DNA of 64,000 bases from a virus: IMG/VR virus record IMGVR_UViG_3300028394_000066, positions 1 through 64,000 of that record; one strand, given 5' to 3'. Under the pieces are notes generated by a model, which was not told the origin of the DNA, searched no databases, and was given only the letters and a program-made list of their open reading frames with translations. Made by a program: the position numbers and the translations under genes. Of this stretch, positions 6,917 through 16,955 are shown one piece after another; positions within the stretch are counted from its first letter, which is position 1, and each line of letters opens with the position of its first letter.

Positions 6917-7558
6917 ATGAAATGGATGATTGCAACAATGCTAGTCGGCTCAACAGCAGTCGGCGGAGCAGCAATTGATACTAGTAAGACCATGGGGGTT
7001 GAGCCCCCCGCAGTAACACAGGAAATAGAATCTAACGGCTATTTCCCAGGCGAGGTCATTAGTGACGCCGCTATAAATCCCAGTATGCTTCTTAATGCCT
7101 GGGATACTCTCAGCCCCAAACAACAGGCGGAATGGCAAAATGCCCATGACAAGCTTGTAACCGAGGCTCAAATCGCACATGACAAGGCAGTTCGAGAAGC
7201 TCGAATAGCCAAATTGAATGACGTTCTTGATAAAGTCAAGAGTTACGTAGGAAAGACACCTTATGTCTTTGCTGGAGCATCCCCGAGAGCATGGGACTGT
7301 AGTGGTCTTGTTCTATGGACTTACGCCCAACTCGGCATCGAGCTACCACACAGTGCAACAGCACAGCTTTCCGCAGGGAAGCACGTCAAAGACCCCCGAC
7401 CTGGCGACATTGTCGTTTGGAACGGAGGCTCCCATTCAGGTATCTACATCGGTAATGGTAAGGCGGTTAACGCCTTAAACCCTAACGTCGATACTAATAT
7501 CCTAGGAGTACATTCGCTCGGACTTTCCGTGACGTATGTTCGCGCCTACGACTACTAA
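6917..7558 (+). CDS. secreted NlpC/P60 cell-wall endopeptidase
   Basis: N-terminal hydrophobic signal; PYVFAG...DCSGLV...HSGIYIG. Confidence 0.93.
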   Translation: MKWMIATMLVGSTAVGGAAIDTSKTMGVEPPAVTQEIESNGYFPGEVISDAAINPSMLLNAWDTLSPKQQAEWQNAHDKLVTEAQIAHDKAVREARIAKLNDVLDKVKSYVGKTPYVFAGASPRAWDCSGLVLWTYAQLGIELPHSATAQLSAGKHVKDPRPGDIVVWNGGSHSGIYIGNGKAVNALNPNVDTNILGVHSLGLSVTYVRAYDY

Positions 7559-7569
7559 CCGCAACAGTT

Positions 7570-7598
7570 TAGGGGGCCATCCGCTGGGTGGTCCTCTA
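7570..7598 (+). terminator. hairpin terminator
   Basis: TAGGGGGCCATCC/GGGTGGTCCTCTA. Confidence 0.6.
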
Positions 7599-7627
7599 CA
7601 CTTGTTTTATAGACTTAAGGAGCCAAC

Positions 7628-7795
7628 ATGGGTGCAGACTGCATGAGTGCGTCTCAATACGGACAGTCACGTTCGGGCTCGGCATCTGAAGACCCCCGTT
7701 ACGACGGGGATAGTTCTGACGATGAAAAGTTTGAGGGAGACTACAGCAAGTCGGGAGATAATCCCCATATTGGTGAACGGGGTTGGGGTTCCTAA
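7628..7795 (+). CDS. 55-aa hypothetical protein (MGADCMSASQY...)
   Basis: SD AAGGAG; TAATG coupling to the next ORF; translated by hand. Confidence 0.7.
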   Translation: MGADCMSASQYGQSRSGSASEDPRYDGDSSDDEKFEGDYSKSGDNPHIGERGWGS

Positions 7796-8106
7796 TGCAA
7801 AAGCAGAGGAAACTTACTGACAAGACTCGAGGAATGTTTGCAGGCCCTAGAGGCATGTACGGACAAAACGTAGAAGGTAAATCGGCCCTTACAAGCGGCA
7901 CAACATACGGTGGTCAGGGCCTAGGTTGGTTCTGGCAGGGATACCCAGCAGTTACTGGTGGTCTTACCGAGTACGACCCAAGAGCTCTTCAGCCTGGGTC
8001 CAATCTAAGTGCTGTACAGATGGGTTCAGACGCAGTAGCTTTTGACGCTGGTCTAGGTGATGGAACAGCTACAGGCGCATCAGTTGGTGGAACCGCAGGA
8101 TATTAA
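7795..8106 (+). CDS. hypothetical Gly-rich protein
   Basis: TAATG-coupled start MQKQRK. Confidence 0.7.
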   Translation: MQKQRKLTDKTRGMFAGPRGMYGQNVEGKSALTSGTTYGGQGLGWFWQGYPAVTGGLTEYDPRALQPGSNLSAVQMGSDAVAFDAGLGDGTATGASVGGTAGY

Positions 8107-8159
8107 TCCTGTAAATTTAAAGCAATTAATTTACACTAGAAAAGACTTAAGGAGTCTTA

Positions 8160-8945
8160 ATGAGCGCGCAGTATGCAATCCAGGGAAAACCTGGCAAAGG
8201 TTGGAAAGTTACATCGTACATGGGTTGGCGTATGCACCCCATCTACAAAGAAAAGCGTTTCCACAATGGCACCGACATTTGGTCGAGTAACGAGCCTTGT
8301 GTGATTGAAGCCCCGTATGCGGGCAAAGTTTTGGCTGTTACAAATAACCCTTCAGGATTTGGTAACTGCGTTGTTATTCGTCACAAGATTAACGGCAAAG
8401 ACTACACAACTCTTTACGGTCACATGGCTAACGGTTCGGTAAAGGTAAAAGCTGGTCAGCGAGTAGACGCAGGAACCGCTATTGGCAAAATGGGTTCGAC
8501 GGGTATGTCGACTGGAAAGCACCTTCACTGGGAGCTCCAAAAAGGAAAGACCCACATATGGAGCGCAACAGGTAAAAACTACATTGAGCCCGTAAAGTTC
8601 TTTGAGCACCTCATTGAACTGGAAAAGTCAATTGCAAGTGCTCCCGTTGAGGCCAAGCCAGAAGACCCGATTATTCCGACGGTAACCTACGAAACTGGCA
8701 AACCAGTTGTTGTAGTTGTACCCAAGCCCACCGATACCGAGGCAGCAGTTGTTGTTGCGGCTCGTAAGGTAATCAAGCTTGATTCAACTGGCGTTGACGT
8801 AAAGTATTTGCAGAAAAAACTCGGTATCACTGCTGACGGTGACTTTGGACCAAAAACTAGGGCAGCAGTCGTAGCATTTCAAAAAAAGCACGGACTGACC
8901 GCTGATGGCATCGTTGGTCCAAAAACATGGAAAGCAGTTGGCTAA
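8160..8945 (+). CDS. endolysin: M23 peptidase + peptidoglycan-binding domain
   Basis: HNGTD, YGH, STGKHLHWE; DGDFGPKT...FQ...DGIVGPKTW. Confidence 0.93.
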   Translation: MSAQYAIQGKPGKGWKVTSYMGWRMHPIYKEKRFHNGTDIWSSNEPCVIEAPYAGKVLAVTNNPSGFGNCVVIRHKINGKDYTTLYGHMANGSVKVKAGQRVDAGTAIGKMGSTGMSTGKHLHWELQKGKTHIWSATGKNYIEPVKFFEHLIELEKSIASAPVEAKPEDPIIPTVTYETGKPVVVVVPKPTDTEAAVVVAARKVIKLDSTGVDVKYLQKKLGITADGDFGPKTRAAVVAFQKKHGLTADGIVGPKTWKAVG

Positions 8946-9230
8946 ATGACAATTATGGAACGTGTGAAAGAAGTTCTTGGAGTTTTCTGGGAACTCATCT
9001 GGCGTGGATTCGGCCTCTTTCTCTTTATTCTTGGTTCCGCGGCTGGAGTTGGTTCTCTCGTCACGGGTGACCCCATCACGGGAATCGTAATTGCCTGGGG
9101 AACATTGATGCTCGGAGTAATTGGTGCTATTGGATACGCTATTGCCATTACTGGTAAAGCTTCCAAGTCCACCGTTGCCAAGGGCGTTCAGGACGCAGTC
9201 CAGAAGTTCGAAGAAAAGAACGACCAGTAA
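8946..9230 (+). CDS. two-TM membrane protein, probable holin
   Basis: adjacent to endolysin; hydrophobic helices. Confidence 0.65.
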   Translation: MTIMERVKEVLGVFWELIWRGFGLFLFILGSAAGVGSLVTGDPITGIVIAWGTLMLGVIGAIGYAIAITGKASKSTVAKGVQDAVQKFEEKNDQ

Positions 9231-9231
9231 C

Positions 9232-9420
9232 ATGCAGGCGCGAAAGCCTCTCGTACCTAATAACCGTAAGGTTTCCTTGACTAAGGAGTTTAAAGGTACG
9301 GGGGGCTCTCGCAAAGCTTCCTACGCAAAAGACCAAAGGATTGTTAGTTGGCCCAATACTGGACGACAAAACAGCGAAGGTTTCGGCGGCGGGTATAGAA
9401 TATTAAGGAAAGGCCAATGA
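9232..9420 (+). CDS. small basic hypothetical protein
   Basis: ATG right after the upstream stop; ATGA overlap with the next ORF. Confidence 0.6.
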   Translation: MQARKPLVPNNRKVSLTKEFKGTGGSRKASYAKDQRIVSWPNTGRQNSEGFGGGYRILRKGQ

Positions 9421-9767
9421 CTGTTGACCAAATACAAATGTGGGCTGGGTTTGTTGTAATAGTGGCCGCAGCTATTGCCGTAGTTTGGAAATTAATTTCT
9501 CCCTTGTTTAAAAGGACTAAGCACCTTTTAGACTCTCTTAGTAGATTTACTGTTGACTGGTTTGGAGAAGAAGCTGCGCCAGGTCGAGACGCTGTTCCAG
9601 GAGTAATGGAGCGACTTAACAATATTGACGGTGAATTGAAACATAATGGAGGTTCTACGATGAAGGACGCCATTAAGCGAATTGAGAACAAACTTAAACT
9701 TATTGACTCTAGACTTAAAGAGGGCGATGAAACTTTTGCCCGCATAGAGGGGAAGTTAGAAAAGTAA
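9417..9767 (+). CDS. N-terminal TM + coiled-coil protein (lysis-cassette type)
   Basis: TM helix; HNGGSTMKDAI motif typical of actinophage membrane proteins. Confidence 0.75.
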   Translation: MTVDQIQMWAGFVVIVAAAIAVVWKLISPLFKRTKHLLDSLSRFTVDWFGEEAAPGRDAVPGVMERLNNIDGELKHNGGSTMKDAIKRIENKLKLIDSRLKEGDETFARIEGKLEK

Positions 9768-10258
9768 TGCTTAACACTACTCAATTTAACATGCCCCTAA
9801 GTTCTGGAAAAACAGAACTAGGTAGGCTAGTAAAATCAGCAGATAAATTGCGAGGACAGTTTCAAAAAATAGAGTCTAACAAAGAGGCCTCTTTAAGTGC
9901 TCAGGCGGTTGAAGATAGCAACGCCTCGTGGGCTACCAGCAAAGGTTATACAGAGCAAAAACGTAACGACTTAGGATTTAGTACTTACTCGCAACTTAAA
10001 AAGTGGCATGAGTCCCAAGAAACAAACATTGCTAGAACAACACAGCGCGCTGCTATTCGTAAATCAAACCCCGCTGTAAAGTCTGCTGTTACAAACGCAA
10101 AAAGACGCCAAGCAGCTGCTGCTAAAAGAGCAGCATCGCCCAAACCCGTTACCCCTACTTGGAACCCCTTAAAGAATGTTAGAGCCAAGGCAGCTACACC
10201 TATGGCACCAAAGCCCGTTCCAAAACCAAAGGTTAGCCGTACAAAAGCTGTCAAATAG
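9767..10258 (+). CDS. basic hypothetical protein (MLNTTQF start)
   Basis: TAATG coupling; Lys/Ala/Pro-rich tail. Confidence 0.7.
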   Translation: MLNTTQFNMPLSSGKTELGRLVKSADKLRGQFQKIESNKEASLSAQAVEDSNASWATSKGYTEQKRNDLGFSTYSQLKKWHESQETNIARTTQRAAIRKSNPAVKSAVTNAKRRQAAAAKRAASPKPVTPTWNPLKNVRAKAATPMAPKPVPKPKVSRTKAVK

Positions 10259-10293
10259 GGCATCCTTTTATTAAGAACATATAGGAGTAATAG

Positions 10294-10437
10294 ATGGTCA
10301 AGATGACACCGCCTTGCGCAAATTGCAGGACACAATCGTCGTACTATCACGAGATTTCAAACACGTACTATTGTGCGAAATGTCTTCCTAAGTTCTTACG
10401 AACTGCCAAAGGTTTAAAATTAGTAGTTGAAATTTAA
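10294..10437 (+). CDS. 47-aa Zn-finger protein (CANC...CAKC)
   Basis: SD AGGAG; TAATG coupling; translated by hand. Confidence 0.7.
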   Translation: MVKMTPPCANCRTQSSYYHEISNTYYCAKCLPKFLRTAKGLKLVVEI

Positions 10438-10670
10438 TGCCCATAATTAGAACTTTTGCAAAACAAGGCCACGCAGTCCCTAAAGGGCCACACAGCCCTC
10501 GAGGACCTTTTCCACCAGAACTATTTCAGGCAGCTGAAATAGCACAAGGTGACTCAATACACGGAGATTCACTACACGAAGCTTTGGATGATATCCGAAT
10601 GTTTCGATGCAAGGACTGTCACGACATCCTTTACTTGGATGAACTTGATGACCACGAATGCGAAGAATAA
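10437..10670 (+). CDS. small protein with C-terminal CxxC...HxC
   Basis: FRCKDCH...DHEC. Confidence 0.75.
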   Translation: MPIIRTFAKQGHAVPKGPHSPRGPFPPELFQAAEIAQGDSIHGDSLHEALDDIRMFRCKDCHDILYLDELDDHECEE

Positions 10671-10723
10671 GTTTTCCTCCGTGCACGAGGAAAGAAACAA
10701 ATCACTCTAGAGAAAGATAAATC

Positions 10724-11380
10724 ATGGCAACAAATGAAAACGGAAACCTGCTCGATAGTTCAGGTCAAGTCGCCGTTGACTTCGTGTGGGGAAATTTTCC
10801 TCTCCAGCCGAACGACGACCGTCTTGAGAACGGTGGAGCAAACCTCGACCCCGCCCTTGACAACCACGAAATCGCTTACCAGAACTGGAACGGTTACCCG
10901 ATTTACACGCCCAACACCGCAGGTGCTGAGGGTGCTGGATACGTCATAGTTCCTAGCGTACTCGGTCTGGCTACCGCACTGGCAAGCCGCATCCTTGTGG
11001 ATGACGGATTTGTCGTCACTACTGCGTCTGGCGCAACCAACACCGCTACGCAGCCTACGCGCATCAACGTCACGACAACGACTGCCGCAACGGTCACCAT
11101 TGCTGGCGGAACTGGTACTTGGGCAGTTGGAACCAAGGTCACCATCACGGCTGGTACGGGTATCCCCGCAGCACTGGTTGGTACTTGGACTGTCACAGGC
11201 GGAAGCGGCTCAACCCTCATCATCGCGGGTACTGGCTGGACTGTCGCTGACTCAGGCGCAATCACACCTGGTACACAACTTAAGGGTGCGGCAGCAACCA
11301 TCAAGGCTCAGTCGGTCGCCGCTGGCGCTGACACGATTGCAGTTGGCGCAGCCATCACAATCACTCCTTGGGCTGCTTAA
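10724..11380 (+). CDS. probable virion protein with split PASTA-like domain
   Basis: VPSVLGL...A..L...GF and IKAQSVAAG...GAAITIT flank a Thr/Gly beta insert. Confidence 0.65.
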   Translation: MATNENGNLLDSSGQVAVDFVWGNFPLQPNDDRLENGGANLDPALDNHEIAYQNWNGYPIYTPNTAGAEGAGYVIVPSVLGLATALASRILVDDGFVVTTASGATNTATQPTRINVTTTTAATVTIAGGTGTWAVGTKVTITAGTGIPAALVGTWTVTGGSGSTLIIAGTGWTVADSGAITPGTQLKGAAATIKAQSVAAGADTIAVGAAITITPWAA

Positions 11381-11393
11381 TCCAAGATAGCTA

Positions 11394-12308
11394 ATGGCTA
11401 ATCCCACCCCCGTAGGAAATGGGGGCTCCTCTAACGGAGCCTCTAGCCTGGCACGAGCCAGACTTCTTACGGGGGTGGTTCTTAATGAAATAAACACTTT
11501 TCAAGACCAAGACAAAATTAGACGGTCATTGGAAGCAGCAAACGACGTTTATCACGAGTACGACTACCTTTCGGCTATCTCTAGTCGACGGGTCGCGCCC
11601 GCACAAACTGGTCGTCTGGCACAAGCTAAAGCTATTTTTGAAACCGACTTTGGAAACGATGAGGAAGACAACTCTTTTCTTGAACAAGTTCTCTTAGACT
11701 CTGGTTTGCCAAACTTTTTACCAAAAGAAGGCCTTGTTGCGTCACAGTTTTACAATCCAACTGATTACCAAGTTTTGGATATTGCGCAACGCGCGGCTGC
11801 ACTGTCCGACATCCCTACCTCTTCTTCTAACTACCGAAAACCACGAACAGTTGGAGCTGGTTGGGACCCCGATACAAACGTTCTGACAGTAGTGTTTCGT
11901 GACGGAACTTTCTGGAATTATTACGACGTAGCCCCTAGTGAGTGGGCTAAGTTCCACTTTGCGTTTAGTAAGGGGCCACTACTTGTCGGAAAAGATGAGG
12001 CCGCGGTTCGCGGTATTGCTATGGGGTCAATCGCTGCTCACACAAACGGACCCGCCGATGTTTCTATGCTTGGGGAGTACGCAAGAGAGCAGCTGTATAG
12101 AATTGCTAGAACAGCGCAAATCCTAAACCGAGAAGGTTTTAGAAGAACAAAAAACGTTACTACTGGAGAGAAGTACAGAACTAGAGGAACTCCTGGCGCT
12201 CAAGGCGGAGGTAACAGGGCAGCAAGGGCAACTAGAGCTAGCCGTACCGCCCTGGGGTCGTCTGCAAATCCAGCAAAAAATTTAGGTAAAAATACAACTA
12301 AGAAATAG
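11394..12308 (+). CDS. KTSC-domain protein
   Basis: GWDPDTNVLTVVFRDGTFWNYYDV...W..F..A.SKG. Confidence 0.75.
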   Translation: MANPTPVGNGGSSNGASSLARARLLTGVVLNEINTFQDQDKIRRSLEAANDVYHEYDYLSAISSRRVAPAQTGRLAQAKAIFETDFGNDEEDNSFLEQVLLDSGLPNFLPKEGLVASQFYNPTDYQVLDIAQRAAALSDIPTSSSNYRKPRTVGAGWDPDTNVLTVVFRDGTFWNYYDVAPSEWAKFHFAFSKGPLLVGKDEAAVRGIAMGSIAAHTNGPADVSMLGEYAREQLYRIARTAQILNREGFRRTKNVTTGEKYRTRGTPGAQGGGNRAARATRASRTALGSSANPAKNLGKNTTKK

Positions 12309-12313
12309 GAACA

Positions 12314-12634
12314 ATGCCAAAGGTACATAACATTGGAAAAAATAGATTTACACAACTAATAGATTTTCCTGTAAAGTGGGAAGGCAAGGTTGTGGTTCGA
12401 GGATGGTCGCAAGAAACCTCGGAACCATTTAGAACTTCTGAACCACTTATATTCAGACTTCCGTTTCATAAGGCGGTAGTATTTGGAAAGTGGACAGGCA
12501 CACAACCTGATGAAGAATCGGCACTCAATAACGCTATACAAGGACGGGTATTAACAGATGAAGATTTTCAAGAAGGATGGGAACCCCCCGCTTACCAAGC
12601 TGGAGAAGAGGGTAGCGAGTATACCTACTCATGA
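12314..12634 (+). CDS. hypothetical protein
   Basis: ORF track; SD AGGA. Confidence 0.7.
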   Translation: MPKVHNIGKNRFTQLIDFPVKWEGKVVVRGWSQETSEPFRTSEPLIFRLPFHKAVVFGKWTGTQPDEESALNNAIQGRVLTDEDFQEGWEPPAYQAGEEGSEYTYS

Positions 12635-12785
12635 ACTTATCGGTTGGGCCGAGAATGCCCTGTTTGAAATTGGTAAGGGCTTGACAAGAAGCCTGCATGA
12701 CAGGAACCCTGACGTTCTTGCAGAGCTTGAGATGGGTGCAGAGGCGCTCCTTGCTATAACTAAAGAGATTCGGAAACGAGTCTAA
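12558..12785 (+). CDS. hypothetical protein preceding terminase
   Basis: TAATG coupling to terminase. Confidence 0.65.
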   Translation: MKIFKKDGNPPLTKLEKRVASIPTHELIGWAENALFEIGKGLTRSLHDRNPDVLAELEMGAEALLAITKEIRKRV

Positions 12786-14374
12786 TGGAAGAATACGACG
12801 AAGACGAGTTTCAGTTTGAGGAGATTACTCCCGAGTTCTTTGAAAACTTTAATGAAGAAGAAGAGGACGAGGGAGATTCTGAAGAAGACGAGTTATCTCA
12901 AGAGTTTGTAGGAAGACTCGTCGATAAGATGATGACTTTCATGGATGTCCTTGTTGGACACTCTCTCCACCCTTATCAGGCTCCTTTTGCTAGAAGAATT
13001 ATGCAGTCAGTAATTACTGGTGATGGTTCTGAAATTACCGCATTAGCGTCTCGTCAATCAGGAAAGTCGGAGACTATTGCAAACACAGTAGCTACCCTAA
13101 TGATTCTTCTTCCTAAGCTTGCAAAGCTGTACCCAGACCTCCTTAATAAATTTAAAGATGGTATTTGGGTGGGGTTGTTTGCTCCTACAGAGGGACAGGC
13201 TGAAACACTCTTTGGTAGAACAGTAACTCGTCTGACATCTCCTAGAGCAGTAGAGATTCTTGGGGACCCCGAAATTGACGACAGCGCTGCCAGAATTGGT
13301 GGGGTTACCCGAATGATTAGGCTCAAGAACTCGGGTTCTTCGATTACTATGATGACCGCAAACCCTAGAGCAAAGATTGAGTCCAAGACCTTCCACCTCA
13401 TTGTTATTGACGAGTGTCAGGAAGCCGACGACTTTGTCGTTAACAAGTCTATTTCTCCTATGATGGCGTATTACGCTGGAACTATGGTTAAGACAGGAAC
13501 TCCTACTAGCAAAAAGAACGACTTTTATAAGTCTATTCAGCTCAACAAACGAATTCAAACTGGTAGGGGTAAGAAACAAAACCATTTCCAGTGGGACTGG
13601 CGGGATGTCTCCAAGGTAAACTCAGATTACGCAAAGTTTATTAAAAAAGAAATGCTTCGTATTGGAGAGGATTCTGATGAGTTTCAGATGTCGTATAACT
13701 GCAAATGGCTTCTTGAGCGAGGAATGTTCGTCACGTCTAACACCCTGGATGAACTTGGTGACACATCTCAAGAACTCGTCAAAGTCTGGCATAAAACCCC
13801 TGTTGTGGTCGGAATCGACCCTGCTAGAAAAATGGACTCCACTGTCGTCACAGTGGTCTGGGTTGACTGGGACAGACCTGATGAGTTCGGCTATTTTGAC
13901 CACAGAGTTCTTAACTGGCTTGAACTCCAAGGAGACGACTGGGAAGAACAATACTTCCAGATTGTCAACTTTCTTTCAAACTATGACGTTCTGGCAATAG
14001 GTGTAGACGCAAATGGTGTGGGTGACGCAGTAGCACAACGTTTGAAGCTATTGATTGGTAGGGCCGAGGTAGTTCCTCTTACATCTTCTCCTACAGAGCA
14101 ATCAAAACGGTTTAAGCATCTTCAAGCTCTTATTCAACGTCAAGCTCTCTCTTTCCCTTCTCACGCAAAGACTCGACGCCTTCGTGTCTACAAGCGGTTC
14201 TACCAACAGATGACTGACGCCGAGGTCCAATATAAAGGAGCAAACTTTATGGTTGCTGCTCCAAATGAAACTTATGCCCACGATGATTTTGTAGACTCCT
14301 TAGCAATTGCTTGTTCTTTAACTCAAGAACTTGTAATGCCTGAGATAGAAGTAAGCAACTCGTCTTTTTTCTAA
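12785..14374 (+). CDS. terL: terminase large subunit
   Basis: SRQSGKS Walker A, IVIDECQ Walker B, TGTP, GIDPA, HDDFVDS nuclease motifs. Confidence 0.93.
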   Translation: MEEYDEDEFQFEEITPEFFENFNEEEEDEGDSEEDELSQEFVGRLVDKMMTFMDVLVGHSLHPYQAPFARRIMQSVITGDGSEITALASRQSGKSETIANTVATLMILLPKLAKLYPDLLNKFKDGIWVGLFAPTEGQAETLFGRTVTRLTSPRAVEILGDPEIDDSAARIGGVTRMIRLKNSGSSITMMTANPRAKIESKTFHLIVIDECQEADDFVVNKSISPMMAYYAGTMVKTGTPTSKKNDFYKSIQLNKRIQTGRGKKQNHFQWDWRDVSKVNSDYAKFIKKEMLRIGEDSDEFQMSYNCKWLLERGMFVTSNTLDELGDTSQELVKVWHKTPVVVGIDPARKMDSTVVTVVWVDWDRPDEFGYFDHRVLNWLELQGDDWEEQYFQIVNFLSNYDVLAIGVDANGVGDAVAQRLKLLIGRAEVVPLTSSPTEQSKRFKHLQALIQRQALSFPSHAKTRRLRVYKRFYQQMTDAEVQYKGANFMVAAPNETYAHDDFVDSLAIACSLTQELVMPEIEVSNSSFF

Positions 14375-14468
14375 AAGTTAACTTTTACCGTGTGAATACT
14401 AACAAAATACGTCACACTTTTAAGAGGAATCACTCGAGTTTCCATTCCCCATTTATTAAGGAGTACCC

Positions 14469-14864
14469 ATGGGTATTGCACCTGCACCCCAGTTCCCCGA
14501 ACGGGCGCCTCACATGTACGAAATGAAGGTTGCTGAAAATGACGAGCGTCGCGGACCCCTCCGCTTTGAAGAGGGTGTTGCTACTGACACCGACGTTCCC
14601 AATGAATTTCAGAAGGGAATCATGAGCGGTTTTGCTGCTGCTCCTGGTCGCCCCAACCGTAACGCACCTGTTTGGCAGAAGTCCGCTGCTGAGACGCTCT
14701 CCGAGCGCGCTCACGTCGGTTCCGCCTCCTGGACTGAAGCACCTACGTTCCTCGGTGAGTTTGCTCACGGCTCGTTCTCGAACAACGCCGAGCAGATTGT
14801 CGAAACAAAGGTTGTTTCGGGTGGACGCACAATGCGTTTGAACCCGACTGTCGTAAACGATTAA
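14469..14864 (+). CDS. hypothetical head-region protein
   Basis: SD AAGGAG; between terminase and portal. Confidence 0.8.
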   Translation: MGIAPAPQFPERAPHMYEMKVAENDERRGPLRFEEGVATDTDVPNEFQKGIMSGFAAAPGRPNRNAPVWQKSAAETLSERAHVGSASWTEAPTFLGEFAHGSFSNNAEQIVETKVVSGGRTMRLNPTVVND

Positions 14865-14870
14865 TTACGT

Positions 14871-14918
14871 TTAGCAACCTATCCTTATCCTCTTTAGTAG
14901 GGTAAGGGTAGGTTCTAA
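14871..14918 (+). terminator. long hairpin
   Basis: AACCTATCCTTATCCT/AGGGTAAGGGTAGGTT. Confidence 0.55.
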
Positions 14919-14934
14919 CGGTTAAGGAGACGCG

Positions 14935-15234
14935 GTGGAAAAGCCCACTAACGAAAAGCTTTACGCCATGGTTGTATTCCAGGCTAAAGCTAAGTACCGC
15001 ATCTACCCCTCTCCTGGAGCATCTCACTGGGTTCACAGAAGATATCTTGAGCTTGGCGGAACTTTTGAAGACTCAACTGAACAGACTCGTAAAGAAAAAA
15101 TATTTAAGAGGATGGCGGAAGCAAGAATGCTGGAACGTAGAGGTCATAAAGACCATAGCGCTAAAAAGGATGAAGAGCTTCACAAGAAGCGTACTGGGTA
15201 TGACAAAGACGACAAGGAACGCGGAGATAAGTAA
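14935..15234 (+). CDS. hypothetical protein
   Basis: SD AAGGAG, GTG start; TAATG coupling to portal. Confidence 0.75.
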   Translation: MEKPTNEKLYAMVVFQAKAKYRIYPSPGASHWVHRRYLELGGTFEDSTEQTRKEKIFKRMAEARMLERRGHKDHSAKKDEELHKKRTGYDKDDKERGDK

Positions 15235-16955
15235 TGTCATTTACTGATTTCTCTCCCCCCAGCTATAGGGCCGCTTCTTCCGACCTAACAATCAGCATTT
15301 CGCCCCTTGGGCTTGTAGAGCTGGCTGATGAAGAGTTTGAGGTTCACGGTCCTCGCCTAAACCGTTACTCGCTAAACTGGGCCATGTACCTTGGTCACCA
15401 CTGGGGTTACCGACGTGAGCAAGGCGAAATGCAAATTGCGATTAATTACTACCGCGCCTTCATTGATTACCTCGCTAGGTTTACTTTTGGTAATGGAGTG
15501 CATTTCCGCGCTCCTAGATACACGGAGGGCATTGTTCCCGACCGTCTTGCTAGAGTATGGGAAGTAGACAATGACAAACAAAGAGTTCTCTACGAAATGG
15601 CACAGCTTGGTGGAATCACTGGCGACTGCTTCGTCAAAGTGGCTTATGAAGAGCCCTGGGAGGATTCGATTGGCCGAGCACATCCAGGCCGCGTCCGTAT
15701 TCTTCCCCTAAACTCGGCTTTTTGTTTTCCCGAGTTTCACCCTCACGACCGTACCCGTCTGCTTCGTTTTAAACAAAAGTACCGTTTCTGGGGTACTAGC
15801 CTTGAGGGAACCCGTCAGGTATTTACTTACACGGAAATCCTTACGGACGACATTATTGAGGAGTACATTAACGATGAGCTTATTGACTCGCGGCCTAATC
15901 CGCTTGGGCTTGTTCCTGTTGTTCATATTCCTAACGTTCCTATTTCTGGTAGCCCGTGGGGTCTTTCCGACGCACACGACATTATCACAATTAACCGTTC
16001 GTACAACGAAATTGCAACGGACATTGCAGACATCATCAACTACCACGCAGCTCCCGTCACAGTAATAGTCGGAGCTAAAGCTTCAAACCTTGAAAAAGGT
16101 GCAAAGAAGGTATGGGGTGGACTCCCCAAGGACGCCCAGGTATTCAACCTTGAAGGTGGTGGCGCTGGAATTCAGGGCGCACTGCAATACCTAGAGACTT
16201 TAAAGCGCTCTATGCATGAACTCATGAACATTCCCGAGACAGCCCTTGGACAATCGCAGCCTGTATCGAACACCTCAGGTGTTGCACTTCAGGTGCAGTA
16301 CCAGCCACTCATGAACCGTTGGGCGCAGAAGTCCGCACAGTACGGCTCTGGCATTGAAACCATCAACGAGTTGGTTCTTCTTAACCTGGCTATTAAAGAA
16401 CCCGAAATGTTCCAGTGGAACCCCAATGTTGACGGTCCTCTTGAAGAAGGTCAGGCAGAGATGCTGGATGTTAATGACCCAATGACTTTTATTACTTACA
16501 CGCACTTTCCTCCGCCCCTCCCCCTTGACAAAATTGTTCTTCTTAACGAACTTTCTCAAAAGATTTCTATGGGACTGGAGTCTAAGGCTGGTGCTCTCCG
16601 TGCTCTTGGAGAAGAATTCCCTCTTGAGAAGCTGAACGAAATCCGTAAGGAAAGCCAAGATGACGCTATGTCTGAGGGCGCGCTTAACCTGGTTAAGGTT
16701 CAGGTACAAAAGCAGATTATGGATATGACTGGCTTTATGGCTGGACCTGATGGAACAGCTACTCCTATTGACCCGATGATGATGGGTGACGGAGACGTAA
16801 TGGGCGACGGACAGCTAGGCCCCCAGGGCTCTGACCCCGAAGCAGGCGACGTTGAGCAAGATAATTTGATGGCTGAATCGAACATTCGTAACACTTTGGT
16901 AGAGGAAGCGTTCGGAGATAATCCTCCGCCAATGCGACCAGTTGACAAAGATTAA
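15234..16955 (+). CDS. portal protein (SPP1 gp6-like)
   Basis: size and position; NPLGLVPVVHIPN...WGLSD, SGVAL motifs. Confidence 0.88.
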   Translation: MSFTDFSPPSYRAASSDLTISISPLGLVELADEEFEVHGPRLNRYSLNWAMYLGHHWGYRREQGEMQIAINYYRAFIDYLARFTFGNGVHFRAPRYTEGIVPDRLARVWEVDNDKQRVLYEMAQLGGITGDCFVKVAYEEPWEDSIGRAHPGRVRILPLNSAFCFPEFHPHDRTRLLRFKQKYRFWGTSLEGTRQVFTYTEILTDDIIEEYINDELIDSRPNPLGLVPVVHIPNVPISGSPWGLSDAHDIITINRSYNEIATDIADIINYHAAPVTVIVGAKASNLEKGAKKVWGGLPKDAQVFNLEGGGAGIQGALQYLETLKRSMHELMNIPETALGQSQPVSNTSGVALQVQYQPLMNRWAQKSAQYGSGIETINELVLLNLAIKEPEMFQWNPNVDGPLEEGQAEMLDVNDPMTFITYTHFPPPLPLDKIVLLNELSQKISMGLESKAGALRALGEEFPLEKLNEIRKESQDDAMSEGALNLVKVQVQKQIMDMTGFMAGPDGTATPIDPMMMGDGDVMGDGQLGPQGSDPEAGDVEQDNLMAESNIRNTLVEEAFGDNPPPMRPVDKD

